A program made the position numbers and the translations under genes. Below the pieces are notes generated by a model. That model saw only the letters and a program-made list of their open reading frames with translations. It did not search any database and was not told the DNA's origin. Shown piece by piece: positions 53,601-64,000 of a DNA stretch of 64,000 nucleotides (position 1 is the first letter of the stretch; each line of letters starts with the position of its first letter). This DNA is from Acanthaster planci (Eukaryota). The stretch is taken from contig NW_019091355.1 of NCBI RefSeq assembly GCF_001949145.1, positions 2,131,107 through 2,195,106 on the forward strand, in the 5' to 3' direction.

Positions 53601-56278
53601 TCAGCACGTCTGAGACAAGGCTCGTGAAGTTACCGCTGGTTAATGTCCAGAAGATGAGTCGCATGCATGCTGTCAGAGCAAAATAGATAAGGCGGAAAAC
53701 TTGGCTCGTGCCAGATTCGATTACTGTAAATTGCGCTTGGGTTTGTGCAATTTTTATGCTGAATAGAGATTTCATGTGACTGAAGCAACTGGTATCTTTC
53801 TTTTCACTGAGTTGGTAAGTCAATTTGTAGCACGCTCTCGCCCATACCAGTGGCGTGGGCGACATGAAAGGTACGATTAGTGATTGGTAACGTGCGGAAC
53901 AAGTTACGCTGGTCCCGTTTCTATAACCTGCAGTGCTGCACGGCGACCGCCGTCAAGTTATGAATTCAGTCCCAGTCTTACGGTAACATTAAACTTAGAC
54001 TTAATATCATTAGCGTGCTATTGGAAACATATAGGCTAGGAAGATACTATAATCCGATATAAAGTTGCTGATTTCGGAATACTTTTGCAATAATTATCCA
54101 ACACGTTTATAATCTATTACCAACTGGGGTAGACAGATCCAATTTAACTGGTACCATACAGTTTAGATCCTTCACACCCGTCATATCTCCCACAACCCTT
54201 GGCGTTCCGCCATTTTTCACATGAAGCTGTAAACGAATACGGTGCTTTGGTAAAATCACAATTCTTATTACTTAACTCGTTTATATAAGCTTTAGATCGA
54301 TGCCGCGGCGTTTGGCGGCATTTGGCGGCATTATAAGGTGATGTGAAAGCTGGAGGTATATGTACGATATTAATCAGGATATAACTGAACGGATTTCTTG
54401 ACGGGATTGGTCAAGAAAATGGTCAAAATAAGATTTGTTTTTAAAAAATGCTAGTAATATTTGCATGTAATTATAATGATATGTAATTATTTCCTAGAGT
54501 AAACCGCCGAACATACTTTGGAGTTTGGAACCTACAAATAGGCCTATGCGTAATATCATAGTCTTCCACACTAAGGTTGATGCGTGAATAACCGCATGGA
54601 CACAAATCCTACGTGGTTTATCTGTCCAAACTAATTGATTTCATCATCTCTTTTCCGAGAAGAAACGAAATCTCGGCGTGCTGATAGCTCGCCCAGGTTG
54701 GTATTTACATTTCATTTTTCATTAGGCACAGGGGCCAGGGGTTTTCGTGACGTCCGTGTGCGCCATTCACGAGTGTTAGTTTTCGTCCCTTTTCCCCTGT
54801 GCAATCCTGAAGTCATTTTGTGGTTTAATGGGGACCGATATTGCAATAACAGGTGGCCACTGGCGCCCTATTACACAGATTGAATCGCTATCTGAACGGG
54901 AAAAATGCTGTTTAATAACCCCGATACGTTTCCCCGCCGTACCCACCTCGACTCGCTTTTTTTGGCAAACACGGCTTGGCGATGCGGGCGGCGGAGCGGC
55001 TGTATTTTGCGAAATGGGAGCAGCGGTGTTGCATTAAACAGGGTTGTTTATTCTGGACGGCGGACACTTCATGATTATTGCTTGTCAGGATATGATTTTC
55101 CATTTCAAGACACTTGAACTTAGTATCTTGGAAGGGAAACACGGATTATTTAAAGGGGATGTGGTGATAAAAATCGTCCATGGGGGGTCTCATTGAATCT
55201 TTGTTGACTGAATCTAATCCGAAATGTTTCACTTGGCCGTAATGCATATTTACAAGTTTCCCAGCACAAATGTCGAAGAGCTTAACTTCAGAAATGGCTA
55301 TAGCTTGAAGATTTCAGAGTGAAAAATATCGTCTGCACCTTGTATTAATTTAGCTAATGTCTCCTCGATGTACTTAACGATAACCAATATAGCAGACTTT
55401 GCTTATCCAGTAGGATAATTTTAGTAAACATTATCGAGAAACACATTCTGGAAAAAAAAAACATTCACGACAGTACATACCAATCTTTGCTTGCGCCAAC
55501 AGCAGGTAGATATCTTCTAGCAAAGGTGTACAAGTGTATGCATTTTGACGTGTAGAGGCAATGTAACTATATCAATTCCTACAAGGCATGTTTCGAAAGC
55601 AGGAAATGTGGAAATAAGACAATTAGGCCTGACATCTTAGATTTTGACAAAGGATGAGGGAAAGTTTATGTATACACGAATGCTTCCGAAAAGTTCGTAA
55701 ACAGATTCTGTAGGCCTACCGTACGTGCGGTATACTTCAAACCTTGTTATTCAATCACCCTTTTTGTAGATGGTATTTCTGATATTTATTAGTAAGAAAA
55801 ATAGGTAGACGTGTGCAGCCGGAGATGGCTCTGTCGAATTTTCGTTTGTGTGTGTGTTCGGGGGGGGGAGGACTTTGGGGAAGGTGAGACAAAATGTCGA
55901 GGATTTCTTTTAATATGCAATCTTTGTGGCCTTTCTGAGGTACGAGACTCAATTAGAGGGTCATTTGCAAGCTTTTAGTTCTTAGACTGCCAATTACCAG
56001 TTTAACATTTGGAAGCTACTTAAGGTTATTCACCAAAGGGAAACGATACAGAGAATATGAGACAGTAATACTGATAGTCCGTGACTCACCTGGCGGTAGC
56101 CTAAGGAGTGTTCATCCTCCATCGGTGACTGGGGGTCGCTAAGTAGAGTCCCGGCGGGATCAGTGTCGCCGACCCGCCAGGCCGTCGCAAGACCAGCATA
56201 CTGTACGCACAGTAGTAAAACTGCTAGTCCACGTGACAGGGACCAGTGCTGCTGTAGGCCTATGGGGCCTCCAAACAT
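29329..56278 (-). CDS. Secreted trypsin-like serine protease (peptidase S1A), 5 exons, 438 aa
   Basis: Exons 56278-56090, 41140-40834, 31633-31450, 30077-29791 and 29678-29329 have canonical GT/AG ends and matching phases (0,1,2,1), totalling 1317 nt. Hydrophobic signal peptide; CG...KR|VVLG activation site; WPW, CGG, LTAAHC (His), DDVALIRL (Asp), GDSGGP (Ser), GIVSWG. The catalytic exons are certain; linkage of the two upstream exons is inferred from splice phase and the signal peptide. Confidence 0.88.
29791..30077 (-). CDS. Serine protease exon 4 (catalytic Asp)
   Basis: ccgcag|A CAT ... ACC G|gtaagc; HDPNDVVVILGDRDRLTKEGTEQRFRIDCVYIHEAY...KDDVALIRL...HPVCLP...CFVVGWGFT. Confidence 0.95.
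31450..31633 (-). CDS. Serine protease exon 3 (activation site, catalytic His)
   Basis: ctctcag|AA ACA TGC; TCGRRDMEPSMTKRVVLGRKAREGRWPWLVQLSEMGAPQPYCGGTLLSGEFVLTAAHCFD. Confidence 0.95.
33389..33960 (+). mobile_element. Possible degraded Tc1 fragment
   Basis: TA|cagccgcagccaagtatttggacac resembles a Tc1 TIR; frameshifted peptide LDRV/VLGDRNITTREEVWRLLEEQ/IPPYL resembles a Tc1 transposase C-terminus. Confidence 0.35.
40834..41140 (-). CDS. Serine protease exon 2 (pro-region)
   Basis: Long polypyrimidine tract ...ttctatcag|CCT; 102 open codons PNTIPYYGLIKRKPAPPRQ...IDIQQRSSLP G|gtgagt; phase 1 matches the next exon. Confidence 0.8.
41198..41367. mobile_element. Foldback/MITE, ~75-bp arms with ~18-nt loop
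   Basis: acgggtgattcacaacagtgcgccttcaagagtttgcaaggcgttgaccaatcaca... versus its near-perfect reverse complement ...tgtgattggtcaacgcgttgcaaactcttggaggcgcactattgtgaaacgcccgt. Confidence 0.85.
47163..47397. mobile_element. MITE-like element (related degraded copy ~19829-20060)
   Basis: Starts caaggggcggatccagg, ends ...cccgaatccgggccagtg (degenerate inverted terminus). Confidence 0.45.
50580..51586 (-). mobile_element. Internally deleted Tc1-family transposon with transposase N-terminal remnant
   Basis: TIRs TAcagtggtgtgcaaaataatttgaaca / tgttcaaataatgttgcgcatctctaTA (22/28 match including TA). The minus strand from ATG 51097 gives MARAK...IKCSLGSVKYTLDRFKVTDSCQN...ALDK/EDQY, resembling the Tc1 paired-like HTH region. 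Confidence 0.7.
53273..53442. mobile_element. MITE-like repeat (related copy ~40441-40560)
   Basis: Both begin aggccggttc and share gcgaattcgcaaaagttgaacaca or its reverse complement. Confidence 0.45.
56090..56278 (-). CDS. Serine protease exon 1 (signal peptide)
   Basis: ATG ... CAG|gtgagt; MFGGPIGLQQHWSLSRGLAVLLLCVQYAGLATAWRVGDTDPAGTLLSDPQSPMEDEHSLGYRQ; TATA box ~150 nt upstream. Confidence 0.75.
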
Positions 56279-56429
56279 GATGCTACGCTACCTCTTTGGT
56301 ATCCAGATGTTGACTTAGCTTTAACCCGGGACTAGAGAAAAACAGCCGAGACGTGACGAGTTCCAAGTGTGACACAATTCAAAGGAGTGGATCCGGCACC
56401 TGTGCGTGGTGGTACCCATTGCCGGCCGG

Positions 56430-56592
56430 TTTATATACCCGCCAACGCTAGGTCCACCATACGCGCAGTTGGTCGTGTCATGGGCCCGAGAGTGTTAGGG
56501 TCTATACGCTGTCATCCGTCGCGTGCAGGCAGCACCTGCTTGTAAGAGAGTACTCAGAGCACGTGTGAGAGAGCCTATTGGTTTGGGGGCGG
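56430..56592 (-). promoter_or_regulatory. Putative core promoter of the protease gene
   Basis: TATATAAA on - at 56430-56437; CCAAT (attgg, ~56577) and GC box (ggggcggg, ~56585) further upstream; CpG-rich. Confidence 0.55.
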
Positions 56593-59371
56593 GAACTGGA
56601 CCGCGAGTCAGTGGTGGGTGTGCGGGAGTCCGTGCCCTCCGGATGCAAGGAGGATGCTTCCTGGTATCCTAGCGACGCCGGTGATGATGAGGAGAACGAG
56701 GAGGAGACTGCTAATGAAGACACTGTCGGTGATGCGGGTTACGCGTGAAGCAATCTGCATCCTGCTGTGTGAGAGAGTGGCTGTTAGTGTCAGGCTCGTG
56801 TACTGCCTGCGGCGTGTAATAGTGTCACGGGTGATTTCATGCCTGGATGGGCGTCAGCAAATCTTTTTGTGTCCTAGCGGGCACTGAAGGGCGCAATGAC
56901 AGCTCGTATAGTCGTGCACAGAGGTTGTGAGATATAGGCACACTGCGTATAAAAAGATAGGCCTGTTCTTGGCATCGTAAGCACTACCAAACCGACTCGG
57001 GAGTGAAAATTGTTAACATGGTTAACAACTGTTACTTGGTTTCATCACGAGCGCTGGGCTTTTCTGGAAGGCACAGCGTCTCTAGACCGTAGGCAAGCAT
57101 TATTTCCACGGGCGTGTCCATAGCAAAATTGTCGACAATAAGCTACATACGCTCTGTCATGCTGACAAAAGTCACAAAAGAAAGAGAGTGGGACTCGATT
57201 ACTTCGCTAGAAATAAAGGAAATCAACGGGCCGTAACCTTCGATTACGTAAGCAATCCTGCTGGGCATAAAAGTGGCAGGTGTAGGTGCTCTGTCGGCAA
57301 ACAGAGGGGAGACGTGTGGCATGTGATTGGCTTCGTATTTTGTAACGCACGTGACGTCCAGGGTGGCAGTTCGGTGACGTAAACCATTCAGATTTATAGA
57401 TTGAAAATATGACCATTCTAGGCTAATAAGTTTCCAACAGTATTTAAGATAGCATTGCGGGTAACAAAAATTACTTTTCAAATCAGCAAGTTCAATGCCT
57501 TCTTATTTGTTTGGTTGTTTGTTGGTTTGTTTTTTAGGTGATGGTGTCGCTGTCTATACAACTGTTGAAGGAAGCGTACTGTCAGTCCCCGGGGATCGAG
57601 GTTGAACCGAAGAAAATCCAGTGGTGGCCATGTTGTCTATTCACAAATGTTAAACTGGATATAGAGCCCAGCGGGATTTGCATTTAATGATCGTTATGTA
57701 ACCACGGTTTTTTTGAATATTAATTACAATAAGGACAATCGTTTAAATGCCCGCGACCTGATTGTGCATTTTTTGGCTCTATTTTTCCGCGCGAACTTGA
57801 CAGTGCGGCAGCAAATGGCCTCGGAGCCAGACAAACTTTTTCGGATTCTTTGTCTAACATAGATATCTTTTGAATCTGTGCTGTGATTTTTAAACGCCAA
57901 ACCAATGAGTGACCATGTGAGATAATGTTGGATTGAACAGTAAGGGTGTTGCGACTAACTATAACTACATCTTGCCGCCGGGATTGAAGCTAGTTCAGTG
58001 TCCATCGTGTCACCTTCACACGATACCAACTGATCCAAAATAGGCCTAACCCTGAGATATCTTCAAGTAAGACGTCTTTGGAAGATATCCCACGTCAGCC
58101 AGGTAACTCTATTCGGCACTTATATTGTGATAAATCACCTTGTAGGGTCGAAGCGGCAAATGAGACGTGCTCCCTTCCTCCAAAATCAACCAAGGTCACT
58201 GCAATCAAGTGTCAGGTCGATTTTTCCTGACAATTCACCCTTTCCCAAGACTCATTAAGTAGCATGAATATTCATTGTCCGTCCCCCTCTTATTTCCCCT
58301 TTTCTCACAAGAATCGGGAAATTAACGAACCTTGGCAACTCGATACTCCAAGAATCTTGAGGACCGACGATGTCGTGTTATTTGCAGGTCAGAACCGCGT
58401 GGTGTGTATCATTGTTCAAGTATACCGCTACATGACTTCCTGCTGTAATAATCGCTTGAGAGGGTGAATCGAATTCCTTTAACAATCGACATTGATGACC
58501 TTAAATCAAAGAGCATCGTACTGACGGCGATTGAAGCAATGAGTTTGCTTCAAATCAATGAATTTCAATTGAATACCCAGTCGCAGATGCTGATTGAAAT
58601 GGAAAATTGCTTTCCGATGAAAGATGAATGTCTTCCGTCCTCTTTACGACAACGATCAGAATCATTTTCGGTCACGAAGCTTCAGAATAATTTTTCCCAT
58701 TGCCAAAGGTGACAATCTCCTGTCAGTCCCGACAAACTAGCTTAACCCTAACCCCATAGGGTGCATGTAAAATCATACTGACATCAAATCAAGGCTTTAC
58801 AATTAAACCGACAGTAGATTACTTGTATCGTGTATTCATTTTCCTATGGTCACCCTCCGCTCTGTGAAGCGTCCCCGTTAGTTTATAAAATTCTGCAGAG
58901 TATCTGAACTATACAAATATGTTATTAAGGGAAGAGTTCCACATACGGATGCCAGTAATTATTCCCTACAGTCACCTATTAGCCCTCAAAAAGAAAAATA
59001 CACGTCCAGAAAAGGTCAATTTAGGAGGGAAAAACAAGTCGTTTACCAGGAAAACACTTAAAATTTTTCAGACCAGTCTCATAGGGTTTGTGCACGGGGT
59101 GTCAAGCGACGTCCGTATGTGGAACTCTTTCCGTTATGAATTAGGCCTACATAATTATAATCTCTATAGAAACCTTCCGGTTTGAACGCCTAAAACCCAC
59201 AGCACCGTTGAACGGGTAAAAAAAAAAGAGAAAAGCCTGATTGGAAAATGCGCTGGAAAATTCCTACCATGATCATGATATGAGGCCCAGGGTTTGTTTC
59301 CTACTTCAGCAACACAAGGCTAACAGATGTTACAATCATAGCAGTGGTAAGGCAAAGCCAGTAATTACCAA

Positions 59372-59495
59372 GTACCCCCTCATCGGTTGAAAAGGGCCGT
59401 ATTAGTCGGGAGTTTGCATTTTGTTGTTGGCGATGCAACTGTAATTCGTGCATTTCATGCTCCTTTGTGAACCGGCGACGTCCAGTTCCTACCAA
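59372..59495 (-). repeat. Dispersed repeat (second copy 25273-25390)
   Basis: accccctcatcggttgaaaa is the reverse complement of the 25370-25390 core; flanks align. Confidence 0.7.
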
Positions 59496-62400
59496 AGGAG
59501 CCTGCGTTACTAGGAAAATTGCGCCCTCTCTTGATCAAGCTCAGGCTGACAACAGATGACATCATTTCCGCACCATTAATGGCATTACTGCCAAATCGCA
59601 CTGGCATCAACCGTGGTCGAGATGCCAGAACAGAGCCTATGCTCTTGCGTAAGGACCAGCGACAGAATCGAATCAGCCCGCAATCACGGGTAAACGAACT
59701 CAACAAAATGGGGGCAATTCGCAGCCGTTGATGACTCTTACGGTGAAAGTTAATTTCAGAACTTGAGTCGGAGACTAACCCGCGCAATCAGACTGCCTCG
59801 CGTAATTACATCTCGATGCTGTGAAATCATCAATTCCAAAAATCGTCTGTCATCGTGTTTGCCAGACGAAAGTCTCTCGCTGGAAATTAATTTCCTTTTG
59901 ATTAACGAACAAGCAGAAGGCGCAACATGTACAATTGACCTACAAAATGTCAGTTTTGCAAGGGCAACGGATGGGGTAAAACGTCTTTTTATGGAAAACA
60001 CTTCGTTTGCTGGGGGAAAGCGTTAAAATTATAAGCAGTTGAAAGTACATGTAATTCTAATAGGCAACAAACAAAAATAATGGAAAAAACGACCTCTACT
60101 CTATCAATCGAGCTTGCATAGGGGCATCTGTATATTCTAATATCGTTAAAGATCAACAGTGCAGTTCGTGACCAGAAGAGCTTATTTGTTATAAAAACTT
60201 GCATTTTAAAGATGATTTTATGAGACCGACGCGCTGAATTATGGTTCAATCATAGGCCATTACCCGTAGTCGTAGTAATTGTCAGCGACACATCATCAAC
60301 TAAAGAAGTGTATCCTTCACCCTTAATGAATATTTTCCCGATCGATAGTCCCAACTTTAGAGCGTAGTTCTCACACGATAGACTGTTTCTGAATACACGG
60401 CACTCAACGGCTCGACTGCTGTCGTCGCTCCGTCTAGTTCACTGAGTTGACTGCTTGAAAAGGAACGACAAAATTAGACCTGATACAGATCTCAAGCTAC
60501 GGACGGAGTCATCAGAACGCCTTGTATAAAACGAAACATCGTAATTTTCAAGCGCCCAGCAGCGGCGGCTCTAGTTTTTAATTTCCAGCGTCATAAAACT
60601 CCACTTCTTGATCAAGTTTTCGACATTCTCTTGAGAGAGGAATGTCCGACTTTTACAGGTCTGACACACCGAGGTACCTCATAACTCATGCATTAAGTCT
60701 TACGATGCAATGAATCGTAATCCGGCATAAAGTTTCATCAGTGAATATTGTGTGTGTCTTCAGAGCGCAAAAAAGGCCTGACTCCATTAATGGGGCACAT
60801 AATATGGACTTTTCTATCATACTAATGCTAGCTCAACACCTTAAATAATACATGGCTTTTTTACACCGTAAATTATGGACTAAATTTGATGTAGGAGGAT
60901 TTTTCATGGTTACCCGTCTCTCGAGCTGCGGTTTTATCAAAGGTGCACAGCATACAAAACTATGGTGTAACTTTAACAGCCTTTGGTATGCATTATTTGG
61001 ACACAGCGTTACATTGGTGTGGCCTTAAATACACACCAAATTGAACACTAAATTAATACCACATTTTTTGCCATGTCTTTTGAGAAGACCGGTTTCCACT
61101 GGATGTGGACGCTTGCTTAAAAAGATCAATGAGCAATGGAGAATCTTTTCCCCGATTGGATGGGTGGGCTTGTCAATGGGCAAAGTGCTACTTTCGCGCC
61201 CTGCTCACGTCCTCATAGAGATTAACGGCCAGTTTTCGATTCTGCAGAGAGAGAGAGCTTCAGTGAAATTTCTGAGTGGGGAAACCCCGCACTGTCTTCA
61301 GTAAGATGAAAATTGAGAGCCACCAGGCCTGCACTTTTTGCCAGATGCGGCGCCTCTCCTGGGATAGAGACCATTACGTACTCGCCAAGAAGGCTGCAGA
61401 TGGCCCAAACCTCCCCAGTTAAGTGCCAGGTGGTAAGAGGAGAGGAGAACATCCCAGCCAAATAAAATGATTTCCATCCACTTGAAATCAATGAAGGTGA
61501 TTTTGAATACACAATGCACCAAGCTAAGATGACAATTTAATGCTGTAAATGATGCTTCCTTCGAGATATTTCACGGATAACCGATTCAAGTGTCTTTTTA
61601 GTTTCCTCTTTGCACCTCCAATAGACCACGATAAACATTGCATTACGTCATTATGTTTTAAGTTTATTTCCGAGGAGTCTTGAGGTACAAGCTTAGGTCC
61701 TTGTCATAATTATGATAGAAGAGGATTCTTGGCAAAGTGACGTGGGGGCACCTTTAGTTGAACCCAAACAAATTACTTGCGGCTTGCAGGATATAAACCC
61801 TGTCCCCTTCAAGATTTCAAATGGAGGGGGGTGGGGGAGGAGCACAGATACCCACGGGGGATGTGATCCCAGCAGTCTCTATGGTTAACGTCTGTGGCTA
61901 CTGAGAACAGAAATAGGGCATCAAAAATTACACACCTCGTATAAAAAAAACCGGTGACAGTTCGTAATGTGCAGCGAACAGCCAGTATATTTGACGTTCA
62001 CGATCCATTAGATCCTTCATTTCCTGTCTTCATCCCGTCAGTTTAACAAGATTATGATATTTTGCCAGGTTCCCTCCTCTTACAAGGGGCTGTCAGACTT
62101 TACAAAATGGATCTCCCCTAGGCCACCCCTGCAGTCCCTTGATGAACGGCGCGCGTCGAATTCTCTATCAACAACCTAGTCCTACACGCTTGTTATTTTT
62201 CAGTACTGCGGGCGTATGTGCGTTGGTGACAAGACACGATATAGGTCGGTTGTGTCGGCTAACGAGACATGACGGGTAGCAGTGGGAAGGGGTGCAGGAA
62301 TGGAGTGTGTGTGTGTGGAGGGGGGAGTTTAAACCACCAGCCCGACTGCTGCATGAATCACTAGAAATGCGCCCATCAAGCCAGATTACTGATTCACGAT

Positions 62401-64000
62401 CAAGGTAATTGGTTCGAAGATGAGTCCATGAAGACTCTATAGGCACAAAGAGTGCACAGTAGCCTGAAGATGATTCTTCGTGTGCCGGAAGTGCATCGAT
62501 TGGCGACGGCATTTTGACCACGGGAATTTGATATTGTGCTGTGATGCGTTACTCTGTAACCGTCGTTTTTATTTATTAATTGGGTGAAATTGGCAGGAAT
62601 GCAGCAAGGTCATAAAACTCTCGTACTATTTGTTTTATTATCAAAAATGTACATGACCGATGATAGCACAGCTATGAGGAAATCCTGCAACAACTCTCCA
62701 ATGAGGTGATTTCCAGGTAGTCGCAAAGTCAGTGCGGCGGTCTTTCCACTGATCCAATCCCCGCCTTTGTGCTATCAGCCGATAAGGTGCACCATAATTT
62801 TGTTAGGCGATATAGAACCCATTACAGCGACCGTCTCCGACACAAGCAAATTGAAGGCATCTGTCAACGGCTGAAGTTGCCAAGGAGAATTTGTTTCTTG
62901 TTTCCGTTTGCGCGAGGCAGGAGAACCTTAAGAGGCATACGCCAAAGATACCATTAATCATCCAACGCTCTCCGAAGACGCGAAAAGATCTGCCGTTCTG
63001 CCCACTCGGTCGTTTGTCTACAGCACAAACTTAACGTATACGGTAAAGCTAAAAAACAAGAAATGTAAATGAATGCCATCAGTTGAAATGAAACTTTGTA
63101 ATATAAATTTTCTTACATCATCATAAGGCACTAGATCCGTGACATCTCGATTACGGAAGCATTAGGACAATCGTTGAAAGATCATTGTAATCTTTTAATT
63201 ACTGGGAGATTTACACTCACGCTGCTGTCAAGATCACTTTCGCTACACGCTTTCTTTGGTAAGCTTCGGTTATAGCGCCCTCGCGAGTAAAATGCAAAGA
63301 AAGCAATCTGAGCCTCTAACTGCGGGGAATTCGCTTACGAAAAGATCATTGGATAAGTATCACAAATATCTTAGTCGAAGACGTCATTCCCGACGTCACT
63401 TAATAACACGTTTCTTTTTGAGCTGCAGGTGACCAAACCTGAACAAATAAAATTACATCCGTTTTAAATAAATCCGTTAATTAAATCCGATCATATCCGT
63501 TTGTTTTAAACTTTGTGCTAGTGCTGCAGTTGACGTAGTCGCGTTTCTAGCTGGTGACATTCCTTCCAGGATAGCTTTGACTTGAGAAGGGATTGGAACC
63601 ACTACAGGAAAGTTATGATGGCATGCTTTGCTTGGTTTTAAATCACAATGTGATATGGGAAAACCCACGCACGTGTGCCTTGACAATAAATCAGTAAGTA
63701 CCGTCAAAAGTGAGGGCGCTATTGACATTGTACGAAAGGTGGATCGTACGGCCCCGGGGCCGGCCCCGCGCCAGCGCTCGCAGTGCTGTACGATCATTGA
63801 TGTCACTCACACACGTTTGGAGCGATCAGCCACGATTTAGCCAGCAGGAAGTGTGGCTGATGTTTTCAACTTTTCAGCAGTGACATTTGCAGTCGACGGT
63901 GGAAGTTGGAACGACAAATAATTCGTTGAAGAATAATATTGAAACTAAAAAATACCACTTTACCCGGACAATACGTTAGTTACTCAAGTATATATACAGG

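Overview
Eukaryotic, intron-rich animal DNA with three assembly gaps; the repeat content suggests an invertebrate deuterostome such as a sea star (inference). (1) 534-7945 (+): the 3' two-thirds of an IkappaB kinase (IKK, CHUK/IKBKB family) gene, 12 exons reconstructed in one continuous frame, covering the kinase tail, ubiquitin-like domain, scaffold/dimerization domain and a divergent NEMO-binding motif. (2) 29329-56278 (-): a complete 5-exon secreted trypsin-family (S1A) serine protease of 438 aa, with signal peptide, long domain-less pro-region, KR|VVLG activation site, intact triad, a TATA promoter and introns of 15 and 9 kb. (3) Between these two convergent genes is a ~14-kb module (11050-25158) bounded by long, diverged inverted repeats. 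Each repeat looks like an inward-facing promoter plus first exon, and they enclose a CpG-depleted, nonsense-disrupted multi-exon gene relic of unknown family. The rest is MITEs, Tc1/mariner relics, a tRNA-derived SINE-like repeat and minisatellites. All alignments were done by eye; no database searches were possible.
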